Numbered from the stretch's first letter, positions 46,756-57,872 are shown. The stretch is 64,000 nt of DNA from an uncultured Pseudomonadota bacterium (GCA_913060515.1 CAJXRZ010000019.1:19857-83856); one strand, 5' to 3'. A program made the numbers and translations. The notes: a model not told the origin generated them from the sequence alone.

Positions 46756-47784
46756 CTACTCCACCGCTGCGGCGGGGTCCGCGCCGCTCAACTCCACGTC
46801 TGCGCGGAAGCGCTCAGGGTCCACCGCTTTGCCGCCCACCCGCACCACGAAGTGCAAGTGGGGCCCGGTGCTGCGGCCGGTGTTCCCGCTCAACCCGATG
46901 GCTTGGCCGCGCTCCACCTGGGCCTTCTTCTCCACCTCCAGGCTGTCCAGGTGGCAGTAGCTGGTGCGCACGCCGTTGCCGTGGTCGATGACCACGTAGT
47001 TGCCGTTGATGGCGTCGTTGCCCGCCACCTTGACCTTGCCCTTTTGGGCCGCCCAGACCGGCGTTCCCACGGGCACGCTCAGGTCTACGCCGTTGTGGAA
47101 CTTGCGCTTGGAGAGCACCGGATGGTGTCGGTAGCCAAAGGGGCTGCTGATGCGTACATCCTCGAGCACCGGCCACTGCAAGGTCAGCATGGCGGCTGTG
47201 CCCAGAGTGGTGCTGACCAAGCGGTCGCCCAGCTGTTGCTCCTTGGAGCTCAGGTAGCGCCGCAGGGTGTCCCAGCGCTCCGGATTGGCCTCGCCGGCGG
47301 AGCGCGCTCTCTCGGTGGCCCGCGCGGTTCCTTCTGGACCCAGGGCATAGCGTTGCAGGGTGACTTGAGCGTCCTCTCCCTCCTCATAGAGGCTGTCCAG
47401 GGCGCTGAGGTGCTGCTCGGGCAGAGGCTGGGTGACGTCGACCAGGGGCAAGTACTGGGCCGGCACCGGGGTCTCGACCAGGGCTGCCTTGGCCGCGCTG
47501 CGGAAGGGCTCGGGAAAGCCGCCATCGGGGCTCTCCCACTGACTGGGCAAGGCGCCGTTCTCGGCGTTCAGGCTGTTGGCGTTCAGGCTGGTGTTGACCC
47601 GGGCGACGAGGGTGTCGATGTCGGCGCTGTGGGTGTTCAGGGTGCTGACAAGGGGTGCGGTGGGCACGTCCAGACCCGTGGCCCAGGCGAAACCCTGCGT
47701 GCCCAGGTTGCCCACGGGGGTGCGGCTCCAGACGGCGACCAGCACGCCGACCACCAGGACCAAGTCCATCAGGCTGCCGCGCAC
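46756..47784 (-). CDS. M23 family peptidase, membrane-anchored
   Basis: ISSPFGYRHHP, FHNGVD, TSYCHL, GNTGRSTGPHLHF; start uncertain (47784 or 47769). Confidence 0.9.
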   Translation of the reverse strand: MRGSLMDLVLVVGVLVAVWSRTPVGNLGTQGFAWATGLDVPTAPLVSTLNTHSADIDTLVARVNTSLNANSLNAENGALPSQWESPDGGFPEPFRSAAKAALVETPVPAQYLPLVDVTQPLPEQHLSALDSLYEEGEDAQVTLQRYALGPEGTARATERARSAGEANPERWDTLRRYLSSKEQQLGDRLVSTTLGTAAMLTLQWPVLEDVRISSPFGYRHHPVLSKRKFHNGVDLSVPVGTPVWAAQKGKVKVAGNDAINGNYVVIDHGNGVRTSYCHLDSLEVEKKAQVERGQAIGLSGNTGRSTGPHLHFVVRVGGKAVDPERFRADVELSGADPAAAVE

Positions 47785-47807
47785 CGGGCGCTTGGCGCGT
47801 GCGGCTC

Positions 47808-48446
47808 TCACAGCCACCCCCAGAGGGGCAGGCCGAAGCGAATGGCCAAGGCGGAGAGGGGCAAGACCAAGAAGGCCCATCCCCAGCCCTCGGAGCGCTT
47901 CTTGGGTGGCTCCAGGGCGCCGAGAACCCGGCGGAGGCCGGAGAAGCCCAAGCGCCAGGCCACGAGCAGAGCCAAGGCCACCCCCACGACCTGGGCACCC
48001 ATGGCATGCAGATCCACCAAGCTGTCCTCGATGGCCATTGCGACCACCCAAGAGCCAGCGAGGCTGACGGGGATCCAGAACAGGGGAACCAACACCGCGC
48101 GCGCCGAGATTGCTCTCTTGTAGGACCCCCAAGACAGCTCAGGCGCCTGCGAGGTCAAGGCCAGGCAGAGAAAGAGGTACAGGTCTGCGAGCAGCTCCAC
48201 CCCAATGGCAAACCAGGCCGCTGGGGCCTGCAGTTGGTCGGCCGCCAAGCCCTTCAGGGAGAGCGCTTGCACGGCGGGGGCCAGGGCATCGTTGCACCAG
48301 ACCAGAGCGGAGAAGAGTTGATCATCCAGGTGATCGGCCGCCAGGTGCACCCCCAAGGCGGCCAAGCCCAGCTGACCCAGGCCCATCCAGAGCACCCGAC
48401 TGCTGGAGGCCGCATTGTCGACGCGGATCAGGGATTTGAGCGGCAC
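47808..48446 (-). CDS. Multi-pass membrane protein, unknown function
   Basis: About five hydrophobic helices; first gene of the minus-strand run. Confidence 0.6.
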   Translation of the reverse strand: MPLKSLIRVDNAASSSRVLWMGLGQLGLAALGVHLAADHLDDQLFSALVWCNDALAPAVQALSLKGLAADQLQAPAAWFAIGVELLADLYLFLCLALTSQAPELSWGSYKRAISARAVLVPLFWIPVSLAGSWVVAMAIEDSLVDLHAMGAQVVGVALALLVAWRLGFSGLRRVLGALEPPKKRSEGWGWAFLVLPLSALAIRFGLPLWGWL

Positions 48447-48538
48447 GGAGCTCTCTTGTTGGGGGAGGACTGCGGAGGGAACGGGGCTGCTCCCAAAAGT
48501 CTTACAGCGTAGACTCCGTACTCCATTTCGAGTTCTGC

Positions 48539-49945
48539 ATGACTTTTTGGGAAAGTGGGGTCGTCCTCAACGGCCTCTTGTTGGCCATCCTGCTGCTCAT
48601 CGCCGGCCTTCTGCGTCGCGCACTGGGGCGAGCGGGGAAGCTGGGCATTCCTGATTCGATGGTCGCTGGAGGACTGGGTTTGCTCTTGGGGCCCTCGGCT
48701 CTGGGGTGGTTGCCCATCGATACGGACACCCTAGAGTCGCTCGTCTACCACGGGCTCGCCATCGTGTTCATCGCGGTCAGCCTGCAGCGTCCGGCCAAGG
48801 GCGCCAAGGGCGGTGGGGCCCGCAGCGTGGCCTTCATGATCCCGACCATCGCTGTGATCCAAGCCATCATCGGCGTGACGGTTGTGCTGGGTTTCATCCT
48901 GCTTCAAGGCGAGCAGCTGCATCCTGGACTGGGACTGCTGCTGCCTTTGGGATTCCAGCAGGGGCCCGGCCAAGCCCTCTCCATGGGCCAGTCCTGGGAG
49001 CCTGGATTGGTGGATGGCGCCGGCGTGGGCTTGATCGTCGCAGCGCTTGGCTTTGCCTGGGCGGTGTTCGTCGGCGTGCCTCTGGTGCTCGTCGGAAAGC
49101 GCTTGGGTTGGCTCAAGGTCGGGGACACGGCCTCTACGGTCTTGGAGGTAGCGGCTGACAAGGAGCTGGTTGCGCCTGCGGGCGCGATGGAACGACTGGG
49201 TGTGCAGGTGGCGGCCATCGCGGCGGTGTACCTGGCTACATTGGGCATTGTCAGCGGCATCTCCGAGCTGCTCGAGGGCAAGGCCCAGTTCCAGAACATG
49301 ATCTGGGGCTTTCACTTCATCATCGCCGGAGCCTTGGCGCTGGGCGTGCGCGCCTTGCTCACCAAGTTCCAAGTTGAGACCCCCCTCAACGACCGCATGC
49401 TGGGTCAGATTGGCGGCACCGCCGTGGACTTTGTGACCTGTGCGGCGCTGGCGGCCGTAAACCTGGTGGTCTTCCAGAACAACCTGGTGTTGATTCTGGT
49501 GTTGACCACCATTGGCGGCTTGGTCACCGTCTTTGCCAGCATCTGGCTGGCCCGCCGCGCCTTCCCCAAGGACACCTTCCACCACGCGGTGATGATGTTT
49601 GGCGCAGTGACCGGCACGCTGCCCACCGGGCTGGCCCTGCTGCGCATCCTGGATCCTGAGATGAAGAGCTCCGCACCCGGCAACGCGGTGCTCGGCTCGG
49701 CCGGCTCCCTGGTCCTCAGCGTTCCACTGCTGCTCATCGTTCTTCCCCTGGCGACCGCTGGGTGGCCCGACGATGTGGTCGGCGCCTTGCTCAAATCCTT
49801 GGGTGTCCTGGCGCTTTACTTGGTCGCTTTGCTGCTGGGGTGGCGCTTTTTGGGTCCTCTACGGCTCTTCTCTCCCTTGCGCATCTGGCCAGAAGAGACA
49901 GCGGGCGAGAAGAACTTGGAGTCGGCCACGCCGGACGATGCGTGA
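48539..49945 (+). CDS. gltS: Sodium/glutamate symporter (GltS/ESS family)
   Basis: IPDSMVAGGLGL, GFQQGPGQA, FGAVTGTLPTGLALLRILDP; about 12 TMs. Confidence 0.75.
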   Translation: MTFWESGVVLNGLLLAILLLIAGLLRRALGRAGKLGIPDSMVAGGLGLLLGPSALGWLPIDTDTLESLVYHGLAIVFIAVSLQRPAKGAKGGGARSVAFMIPTIAVIQAIIGVTVVLGFILLQGEQLHPGLGLLLPLGFQQGPGQALSMGQSWEPGLVDGAGVGLIVAALGFAWAVFVGVPLVLVGKRLGWLKVGDTASTVLEVAADKELVAPAGAMERLGVQVAAIAAVYLATLGIVSGISELLEGKAQFQNMIWGFHFIIAGALALGVRALLTKFQVETPLNDRMLGQIGGTAVDFVTCAALAAVNLVVFQNNLVLILVLTTIGGLVTVFASIWLARRAFPKDTFHHAVMMFGAVTGTLPTGLALLRILDPEMKSSAPGNAVLGSAGSLVLSVPLLLIVLPLATAGWPDDVVGALLKSLGVLALYLVALLLGWRFLGPLRLFSPLRIWPEETAGEKNLESATPDDA

Positions 49946-49983
49946 ATCGGCTAAGGATTCGACTCTGACTCTGAAGGATTGTC

Positions 49984-50691
49984 TTGATCAAAGCCCTGCA
50001 ACTGGAACAGGCCGCGGTGATTGGGGACATCCACGGGCGCCTGGATCTGCTTGAGCGGCTCTTGGACCGGGTACAGGGTCGCCCGCTGGTGAGCGTCGGA
50101 GACATCTGCGATCGCGGCGCCAACTCCTCCTCTTGCGTGGACCTGCTGGTGCGTGAGGAGGCCCACGGGGTGCGGGGAAACCACGAGCAGTGGCTCATCG
50201 AATGGTGTCAGGGTCGCGGGCTGGACAAGATGGCGCTGCATCACCGCATGGGGGGGCGCGCGACGCTGCTCAGCTACGGCGTAGACCCGGACAGTCCGGC
50301 GGTCGATCAGGCCCACACAGCCGTGCCCAGCTACCACAAGCGCTGGCTCGAAGCTCTGCCCTATGTGCTGGATTTACAGGTCGCCGGAGAGTCTTATTGG
50401 GTGATCCATGCGGGCATTCCAGGGGTGTTCTCCTTCAATGGTCTGCTGCCGGAAGAGGTGGTCCCGCACCTCATTGAGAAGCACCCAGAGTCCTTGCTCT
50501 GGACCAAGACCCAGCCGGACATGATGCCGTGGGTAGATCGTCCGGTGATCCTGGGTCACGTGCCCCAGCGCGAGCCCTTTGACGATGGACGCATCATCTG
50601 CGTGGACACGGGAGCGGGCCGCTGGTCCGATGGCGGGCTCACCGCGATTCTGCTGCCCGAGCGTCAGTTCGTCACGGTCTTCCCGGACTAG
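49984..50691 (+). CDS. PPP-family metallophosphoesterase
   Basis: IGDIHG, VGDICDRG, RGNHE, IHAG, GHVP, DTG. Confidence 0.92.
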   Translation: MIKALQLEQAAVIGDIHGRLDLLERLLDRVQGRPLVSVGDICDRGANSSSCVDLLVREEAHGVRGNHEQWLIEWCQGRGLDKMALHHRMGGRATLLSYGVDPDSPAVDQAHTAVPSYHKRWLEALPYVLDLQVAGESYWVIHAGIPGVFSFNGLLPEEVVPHLIEKHPESLLWTKTQPDMMPWVDRPVILGHVPQREPFDDGRIICVDTGAGRWSDGGLTAILLPERQFVTVFPD

Positions 50692-50771
50692 GCGGCTGCC
50701 TGATTTACCAAGTGGACTTGGTGTCTACTTCTAGGTCCTGACCCCAAGCATGGCGATTCGCTCGCCTCTGG

Positions 50772-51695
<924 letters not shown>

Positions 51696-51755
51696 ACCCC
51701 TTTTCTCTCTGCCAGCGGTGTGCAGTTTGACCGGCAGAACAACCTGGAGAGCCCC

Positions 51756-52133
51756 ATGGCCACCATCGAACTGACAGCAGAGAACTTTGAGCAGATCGTG
51801 ACAGAGAACGACATGGTCGTTGTGGACTTCTGGGCGAGCTGGTGCGGTCCCTGCAAGAACTTCGCGCCCGTCTTTGACGCCAGCTCCGAGCAGAACCCGA
51901 ACATCGTGCACGCCAAGGTGAACACCGAAGAGCAGCCTGCGCTGGCCGGCCACTTCAGCATCCGAAGCATCCCTACTCTGATGGTGTTTCGCGAGAAGAT
52001 CATGCTCTTCAACCAGCCGGGTGCCTTGCCAGCCTCGGGTTTTGCCGACCTGATCAAGCAAGTGCAGGATCTGGACATGGACGAGGTCCGGGCCAAGATC
52101 GCCGAGGGCCAAGCCGCACAGACCGAGAGCTGA
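51756..52133 (+). CDS. trxA: Thioredoxin
   Basis: VDFWASWCGPC, IRSIPTL; ATG 51756. Confidence 0.9.
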   Translation: MATIELTAENFEQIVTENDMVVVDFWASWCGPCKNFAPVFDASSEQNPNIVHAKVNTEEQPALAGHFSIRSIPTLMVFREKIMLFNQPGALPASGFADLIKQVQDLDMDEVRAKIAEGQAAQTES

Positions 52134-52137
52134 GCCT

Positions 52138-53995
52138 CTGCAGCCTCTGCTCTGGATCGGATCGCTCATTGGGCTCTGGTTGGTGCTCGGCGCTACGGCG
52201 CTGGTGCTGGCTTGGAACAGTGGCGCCGGCCTGCTCGGGGCCCTCTGGAAATCGGCTGCCTGGACGCTGATCTGGGGCATGCCTGTAGGCGTGCTCATCG
52301 CCGCAAGCCGGAGCATGGAGCTTGGCTTTGTGCCGGTTGTGCTGGTGGGCTTTGTCGCCTTGTACACCCTGCTCTTCTTCCGCACGCCTGCCACCTTTCA
52401 GCGAAAGGCGGTGGTGGATCTGGAGAGCGGGGAGCTGTCCGATGCCTTGCAGGTTCTTGCCCAGGCTCAGGGCTTGGAGCCGCTGAGCCTCAAGCGCATC
52501 CAGACTGGAGCGAGCTTGGGGGCGCACGCCTTCGCCGCCAACCTGGCCAGACCAGCTGTGGCGATCGCCCATGGTCTGACCCAGCGCTTGGCGCCTCCTC
52601 AGCAGCTCGCCATCGGCGCCCACGAGATCGCACACATCCGCAGCGGAAGCTTGTGGTGGTTGATGGGCGGCTTTCCCTTGGGTTTGGCCTTGGGCTTCGC
52701 CAGCCTCTTCTTCGTGCCCGAAGGCACAGCCGCCGGCTTGGCGCTCTGTTTGGGAGTGCTCGTGCCGCATGTGGCTCAGCCGCGCCACCGAGCTGCTCTG
52801 TGATCGCATGGCCGCTGAGTGGACCTCGCCGGAGGACCTGCGCGCAGGACTGAGTCGCCTACACGCCGTACACCCGGTGGATCTCTCCAGCTTCTGGGGA
52901 CTCGCGGCCTACTCCCTGGCCACCCACCCTCCGCTGCCGGTGCGCTTGGCGGCGCTCGGCGACACCCAGACCGATGCCCAGGCCCACCGTGTGGCCGCTG
53001 CGCTGGGGCAGGGCTTGCTGCTCACCCTGCTGGGCGCCGCGGTGTTCTTTCAGCTGGGGTTTTGGGCCTTTCTGCTCTTGACTCTGACCCCCACGCTGCT
53101 GCTGAGCCTGGGGGCCAAGGCGGCCATTCAGCGGCAGCGCAAGCGAATGCCAGGGCAACGCAACTGGTGGGTCTGGGGCATCGTCCCGCTGTTGGCGTCT
53201 CTGGTTTGGCTCTTGCGGGCCATTCAGGCCGGAGAGGGGATTCTCTGGCCCGTGCTGCTCATGCTGGTGCTCGAGATCATCATCTTGCCCATGGCCTGGC
53301 GACACCGGAAGCGAAGCAAGGTCCTCAAGTCACTGAGCGCTGCTCTGGCTGCCCGGGACTTTGAGAGCATCTGGGCGCTGCGCAGCACCCAGGCCAAGCA
53401 GCTCTTTAGAGACCTGGCCTTGAACCACGATGTCTTGGCGGTCGGGGTTGTGCTGGACAAGTTTGGGGCGGCCAAGGAGCTGCAGGAGCTCATTCCGCGC
53501 TTTCCCCAAGCTGGACTGACCTTGGCCGACATCCTGGTGTACCGGGCCCCCCAGGCCAGTCTGTTGGCTGGAGAGGCGCTCTCGGAGCGCTTGCCCCAGG
53601 ACGCAGGCGGTCCTGTGGCGATGGGTCGGGCGCTGATTGCGTTGGGGGAGCTGGATCTGGCCCAAGGGCAGCTGGTGCGCGCCCAGGAGCTCCAGGGGGG
53701 CGCCGCCGCGGTCCTTCTCGAGGCGGAGTTGGCGCTCGCTCAAGAGCGCTTCGCTCTCTGTCACACACAGCTGCAGCGCGCCGAAGAGCTCGCCCCGGGT
53801 GACCCCTGGCTTGTGCTGCTCCGTGCGGATCTGGCGCTGACCTTGGGTGAACTGGACCAAGCGCAGGCGGACTTGGACCACGTCGCCGAGACGCTGGTGG
53901 CCATGCCGGTTCAAGGCATGAGCGTGCGCCTGGAGCAGCTCAGGGCGCGCCTGTCGGCCAGCCAAGGGCCAGCGGATGCTGACGCAGAGGAGTGA
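52138..53995 (+). pseudogene. M48 (HtpX-like) zinc peptidase with TPR-like C-terminus, split by +1 frameshift near 52768
   Basis: HEIAH in ORF 52180..52803; third ligand motif SRATELLCD and THP in ORF 52769..53995. Confidence 0.7.
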
Positions 53996-54917
53996 GCACC
54001 CGGAAGATGTCTACCGGTAGGGGACCGTCGATCTGACCCGCGGCGTCTCTTGGCGGGTACTTGGGGAAGAGCAGCACACCTGGGCAGGGTGCCCGCAGCT
54101 CAGAGGTGCCCGGTGCGCTCAGGAGCTCTCCAGCCTGCACGGGTTCGAAGTTGCGAAGTCCTGCCCGCAGGCGAAGCTCTGCGCTGGCGTAGGGCTGCTT
54201 GTGACTCGTACGCCACAGGCGCATCTTCGTCGCACCCGAGGTCATGTTGCCCAGATCGGAGCCGGACAAGATGGCCTCGGCTGCGTCCAGAGCCCGATCC
54301 ATGACGGCCAGGGCAAGCGCGGTGGTCTGGGGCCGCATGCCTTTCTGGGAGAGCTCGATCGTCAACGCCGCCTTCCCTTGGTCCCGCACATACTCGTCCA
54401 GGCAGCAGGTGCCGGTGGCGAAGGACTCCCCCATGGGACGGGTGACCCAGTCCTGGGCGCCCTGAAGCACTTGGGCCCACTGCTCCAGTACCGGGGACCA
54501 GGGGTGGATGTGGAAGGGCTGGGCCGTCGCTTCGATGGTCTGGTGAAGATCCACGACCAGATCGGCTTGGTCCAGCAGGGGCATCAACTCCGCCGCTCGG
54601 CTGCGCTCCCAGCTCGGTGGGCCTGGAAGGAAGACGCGGTTCAGATCGGCCTGGCCGAAGCGTCGGCCCAGTCGGGCGGCGGGCGGGTTGCCAAGGACCA
54701 CGCTCAGGCGACCTGCGAAGCGTCGGGTGCCCTTCTGCAGGGACTCGAGCAGGGCGATGGCCGCCGGCAGACTCCCGGTCTCATCGCCATGGGTCATGCA
54801 GCAGAGCACCACATGGAAAGGCCCCCCCTCGCCGGCCTGGGCCACGAAGGGGGGGAGAGAGGCGCTGGGGGGGCAGAGGCCCTCGAAGCGCGCGAGCAAG
54901 GCCTGAAGCTCTGACAT
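53940..54917 (-). CDS. Succinylglutamate desuccinylase/aspartoacylase family (M14-like)
   Basis: THGDETG, GNP.A, DLNRVF, VDLHQT, TIEL. Confidence 0.88.
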   Translation of the reverse strand: MSELQALLARFEGLCPPSASLPPFVAQAGEGGPFHVVLCCMTHGDETGSLPAAIALLESLQKGTRRFAGRLSVVLGNPPAARLGRRFGQADLNRVFLPGPPSWERSRAAELMPLLDQADLVVDLHQTIEATAQPFHIHPWSPVLEQWAQVLQGAQDWVTRPMGESFATGTCCLDEYVRDQGKAALTIELSQKGMRPQTTALALAVMDRALDAAEAILSGSDLGNMTSGATKMRLWRTSHKQPYASAELRLRAGLRNFEPVQAGELLSAPGTSELRAPCPGVLLFPKYPPRDAAGQIDGPLPVDIFRVLTPLRQHPLALGWPTGAP

Positions 54918-54934
54918 GGCCAGAGCCTACACCT

Positions 54935-56881
54935 TCAGGCCGCGGCTCGGTCAGCGCCTTGGCCGTGCATCGCGGTGTGGGGGAAGATGAAGCGCATCGT
55001 CGTGCCCTGCTGAGGGACCGATTCGATCTCGATTCGGCCACCCAGGGACACGGTGGCCTCCTTGAGGGAGGACATTCCGACGCCGCGTCCGCTGGTCTCG
55101 GTCGCGAACTCGCGGGTGCTCAGGCCGTCGGCGAACAGAGCCTCCTGGAGATCCGCTTGGGTCTCGCTGGGCAGTCCCATCTCCCTGGCCTTCTGGCGCA
55201 CCTGCTCCCAGTTCACGCCTGGTCCGTTGTCGCTGAGGCTGAGCACAAAGCTTGAGCCCTCGAGCGCAGTCACCAGTCGCAGCACGCCGCTCTGGTCGGT
55301 CCCGTGGTCGGCGGCGTTTCGCAAGGCGTGGACCATCGTATTCCAGAAGCTGCGCCAAGCGTGGGGTTCCAGGCGCAGGCCGTTGCCCTCGAAGTGCACC
55401 TCCAAATCCTTGCCCAGGCGTCCGCTGATGCGTTGGGCTTGTTGGGCCAGACGCTCCAGGCGGCGATCGGTGGGCTCGAGCAACCAGCTCTGCATGCGCT
55501 GCACCAGCTCTTGGTGAGGGGCGCCTTGCTCGGCGGCCTTGAGGGTGTCGCTGTATTCGCTCTGGCTGAGTTCTACGGCGCTGGTGTTGGACTGGGCCAT
55601 GAGCTGCTGTAGATCCTGCTGGAAGCTTGCCCAGCTCTCGACGATGCCCTTGCGAGCCGCTGGGCTCAGGGTGCCGTCATCGATCATCTGGGTCTCGGCT
55701 TCGTGGCACCGGGCGGTGAGCTTGCTCAGGCCAAAGAGGGAGCCGGAGCCCTTGAGGGTGTGAAGCTGACGTAGGAGCTCGACCCGGTTGCAGTTGGGGT
55801 CCTCGATACGGCCCATGATGAGGTCCGCCTCTTCCACGAAGGAGAGGAAGCCGCTGCGGTCGTTGACCAAGTGGCCGAACACCGCCATCAGCTCCAGCTG
55901 GCTCTCTTCAGCGGCGGCCTGGGCCATCGCTGCCGTCACATCGGTGAGCACCACCAACATGCCCGTGAGCTGCTCCTTGTCGTCCAGCAGGGGGGTGTAG
56001 GTGATCTGCACGGCACGCTCGCCGAGCTGCACCTTGGATGGCAGCTGCGAGATGCAGAGCTCCAGGAGCATGAAGCCGTCCATGATGGACTCCCAGGCCA
56101 GCTCGAACCAAGCGCCGGCGTCCGGGTTGTGCTCAGCGAGCAGCGCGCTGAAGGGAGTGCCTGCCGGAGCGTGTCCCATCCAAGCGTCTACGGCCGGGCT
56201 GCGCTCTGCGGACATGTTGCCTTGAGCGTCCAGGGTCACGAAGCCTTGACCGCAGTTGTCGAGGATCAAGCGCATGTCTTCGTTGCGTTGGTCTAAGGCC
56301 TGGGTTCGGGCCTGCACGATGAGCTCCAGCCCGATGACGTTGTCAAAGAAGCTGCGAGCGATCCATGCCGCGGCGGGGCTCTGAAGGACCACGAAGAGGG
56401 CGTGGACCAAGACCACCCAGATGGAGGCCTCGTAGTTGAAGACGCTGCTGGGAAGCAGGAAGTAGATCAACAGGTGATGGGTGGCCACGGTCACTGCCGC
56501 GACGACGATGACCATCGGGTTGCCGTAGACGGCGAGCAGACCCAAGAGCACGAAGAAGTAGAAGTGCATCTCGATCTGCATCGGCCCCTGGCCGAAGTGC
56601 ACGAGAAGACCACCGAAGCACATGGCGGCAAAGCCGTTGACCAGCGCTGCCTTTCGAGAAGGCAGCCCCTTCCACGCAAGGACGGGACCGACCAGGCAGG
56701 CGCTCGTCAGCAGGAAGGCCTTGAGAACGCCGGTCCCACAGAGTGCAGCGACACCCATGAAGACCGGAACGTGGAGGGCGAAGAAGATGACGACGATCTT
56801 GTTGATCCGGTCGACGTACTTCTGCTCCACCTCACTGACCGTCGGCGGCAGAACCACAAAGGATTTGATCTTCTCAAGCAT
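54935..56881 (-). CDS. Membrane-bound CheA-like kinase (TM sensor + PAS-like + Hpt + HATPase, no CheW domain)
   Basis: Hpt RQLHTLKG; HALRNAADHG, DNGPG, LFADGLST, SGRGVGM; protein ends right after the ATPase domain. Confidence 0.85.
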   Translation of the reverse strand: MLEKIKSFVVLPPTVSEVEQKYVDRINKIVVIFFALHVPVFMGVAALCGTGVLKAFLLTSACLVGPVLAWKGLPSRKAALVNGFAAMCFGGLLVHFGQGPMQIEMHFYFFVLLGLLAVYGNPMVIVVAAVTVATHHLLIYFLLPSSVFNYEASIWVVLVHALFVVLQSPAAAWIARSFFDNVIGLELIVQARTQALDQRNEDMRLILDNCGQGFVTLDAQGNMSAERSPAVDAWMGHAPAGTPFSALLAEHNPDAGAWFELAWESIMDGFMLLELCISQLPSKVQLGERAVQITYTPLLDDKEQLTGMLVVLTDVTAAMAQAAAEESQLELMAVFGHLVNDRSGFLSFVEEADLIMGRIEDPNCNRVELLRQLHTLKGSGSLFGLSKLTARCHEAETQMIDDGTLSPAARKGIVESWASFQQDLQQLMAQSNTSAVELSQSEYSDTLKAAEQGAPHQELVQRMQSWLLEPTDRRLERLAQQAQRISGRLGKDLEVHFEGNGLRLEPHAWRSFWNTMVHALRNAADHGTDQSGVLRLVTALEGSSFVLSLSDNGPGVNWEQVRQKAREMGLPSETQADLQEALFADGLSTREFATETSGRGVGMSSLKEATVSLGGRIEIESVPQQGTTMRFIFPHTAMHGQGADRAAA

Positions 56882-56897
56882 GAGGTTGGCTCTCGTT

Positions 56898-57500
56898 TTA
56901 GCGAAGACCGAAGGGGTCTACGGCGCGTTGAAGGCTTTGGCTCACTGCGCACCCGAACAGGGGTAGGGCGGGCACGGACTTGGTCTGCTGGAGACTGGAG
57001 AGGATCGCGACATCTCGGATGTCCGCGGCCTGCTTCCTGTCGGTGTACCCCCCCAGGTACTGGAGCTGATTGGCTGGGTCGACGAGCACGAGCAGGGGCG
57101 CTGCTTGCATGTGCCAGTCTTCGCTCAGGCCCTCAGGTGTGGTCTGGATGACCTCGAAACCCATGGCGGCGGCTTGCTCTGCCATGGCCGCGTCTTCACC
57201 GACCAAGATCAGCTTCTCTGCCACGCCCTCTGGGCGTTCGCTGGAGACCAGGTACTTGGCGACTCCTTGAGAGCACTTGCAGTCGGCGTAGAGGACATGG
57301 ATCGCCATCCATTTGCCGGTGTCCTCTTGTTTGCGCACCGTCACTACGGCAGCCTGCAGTGCGGGATCTTCCACCTCGGGCGAGGGCAGCGTGAGCAGGT
57401 GACTGCTCAGCAGGAAGGCGCAGACGACCAGGAGCATCGGTGCCCAGATTCCCAGGCTGATGCGAACCCACGCTGGGCTCTTGGAGAAGGGCGCGTCCAT
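56898..57500 (-). CDS. Membrane-anchored thioredoxin-like protein with CxC motif
   Basis: Single TM; HVLYADCKCS; AAPLLVLVDP..LQYLGGY; LFGCAV. Confidence 0.7.
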   Translation of the reverse strand: MDAPFSKSPAWVRISLGIWAPMLLVVCAFLLSSHLLTLPSPEVEDPALQAAVVTVRKQEDTGKWMAIHVLYADCKCSQGVAKYLVSSERPEGVAEKLILVGEDAAMAEQAAAMGFEVIQTTPEGLSEDWHMQAAPLLVLVDPANQLQYLGGYTDRKQAADIRDVAILSSLQQTKSVPALPLFGCAVSQSLQRAVDPFGLR

Positions 57501-57503
57501 GGA

Positions 57504-57872
57504 CTAGGCCGCCAGCTTCTTCACGGCTGCGACGAGCATCTCCGCCTTGAAGGGCTTGACGATCCAGCCCTTGGCGCCGTTGGCCTTGGCCTGGCGAATC
57601 AGGGCCGGCTGGGCCTCTGAGGTCAGCATCACGATGGGTACGCCGGCTGCGCTGCCGCTCTTGTGCACCGCCTCCAGCATCTGCAAGCCGTTCATGCGGG
57701 GCATGTTCACGTCGCAGATGACCATGGCCAGGTCGCTGTTGGCCTGAATTTTGGACTGACCGTCCATGCCGTCGACGGCTTCGACGACGGTGTAGCCCGC
57801 TTGGCTCAGCGCGATTCGCACCTGCTGGCGCACGGTGGAGGAGTCATCGACCACCAAGATCTTCTTTCCCAT
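57504..57872 (-). CDS. CheY-like single-domain response regulator
   Basis: ILVVDDS, ICDVNMPRMNG, MLTSE, WIVKPF. Confidence 0.95.
   Translation of the reverse strand: MGKKILVVDDSSTVRQQVRIALSQAGYTVVEAVDGMDGQSKIQANSDLAMVICDVNMPRMNGLQMLEAVHKSGSAAGVPIVMLTSEAQPALIRQAKANGAKGWIVKPFKAEMLVAAVKKLAA

Noticed and set aside
4749-48123. Long antisense ORFs (4749..6272, 18260..20146, 21554..22918, 25662..27464, 34246..35961, 42894..44777, 46753..48123)
   Set aside because: They shadow well-supported genes on the other strand, have no motifs, and are expected in high-GC DNA with strong codon bias
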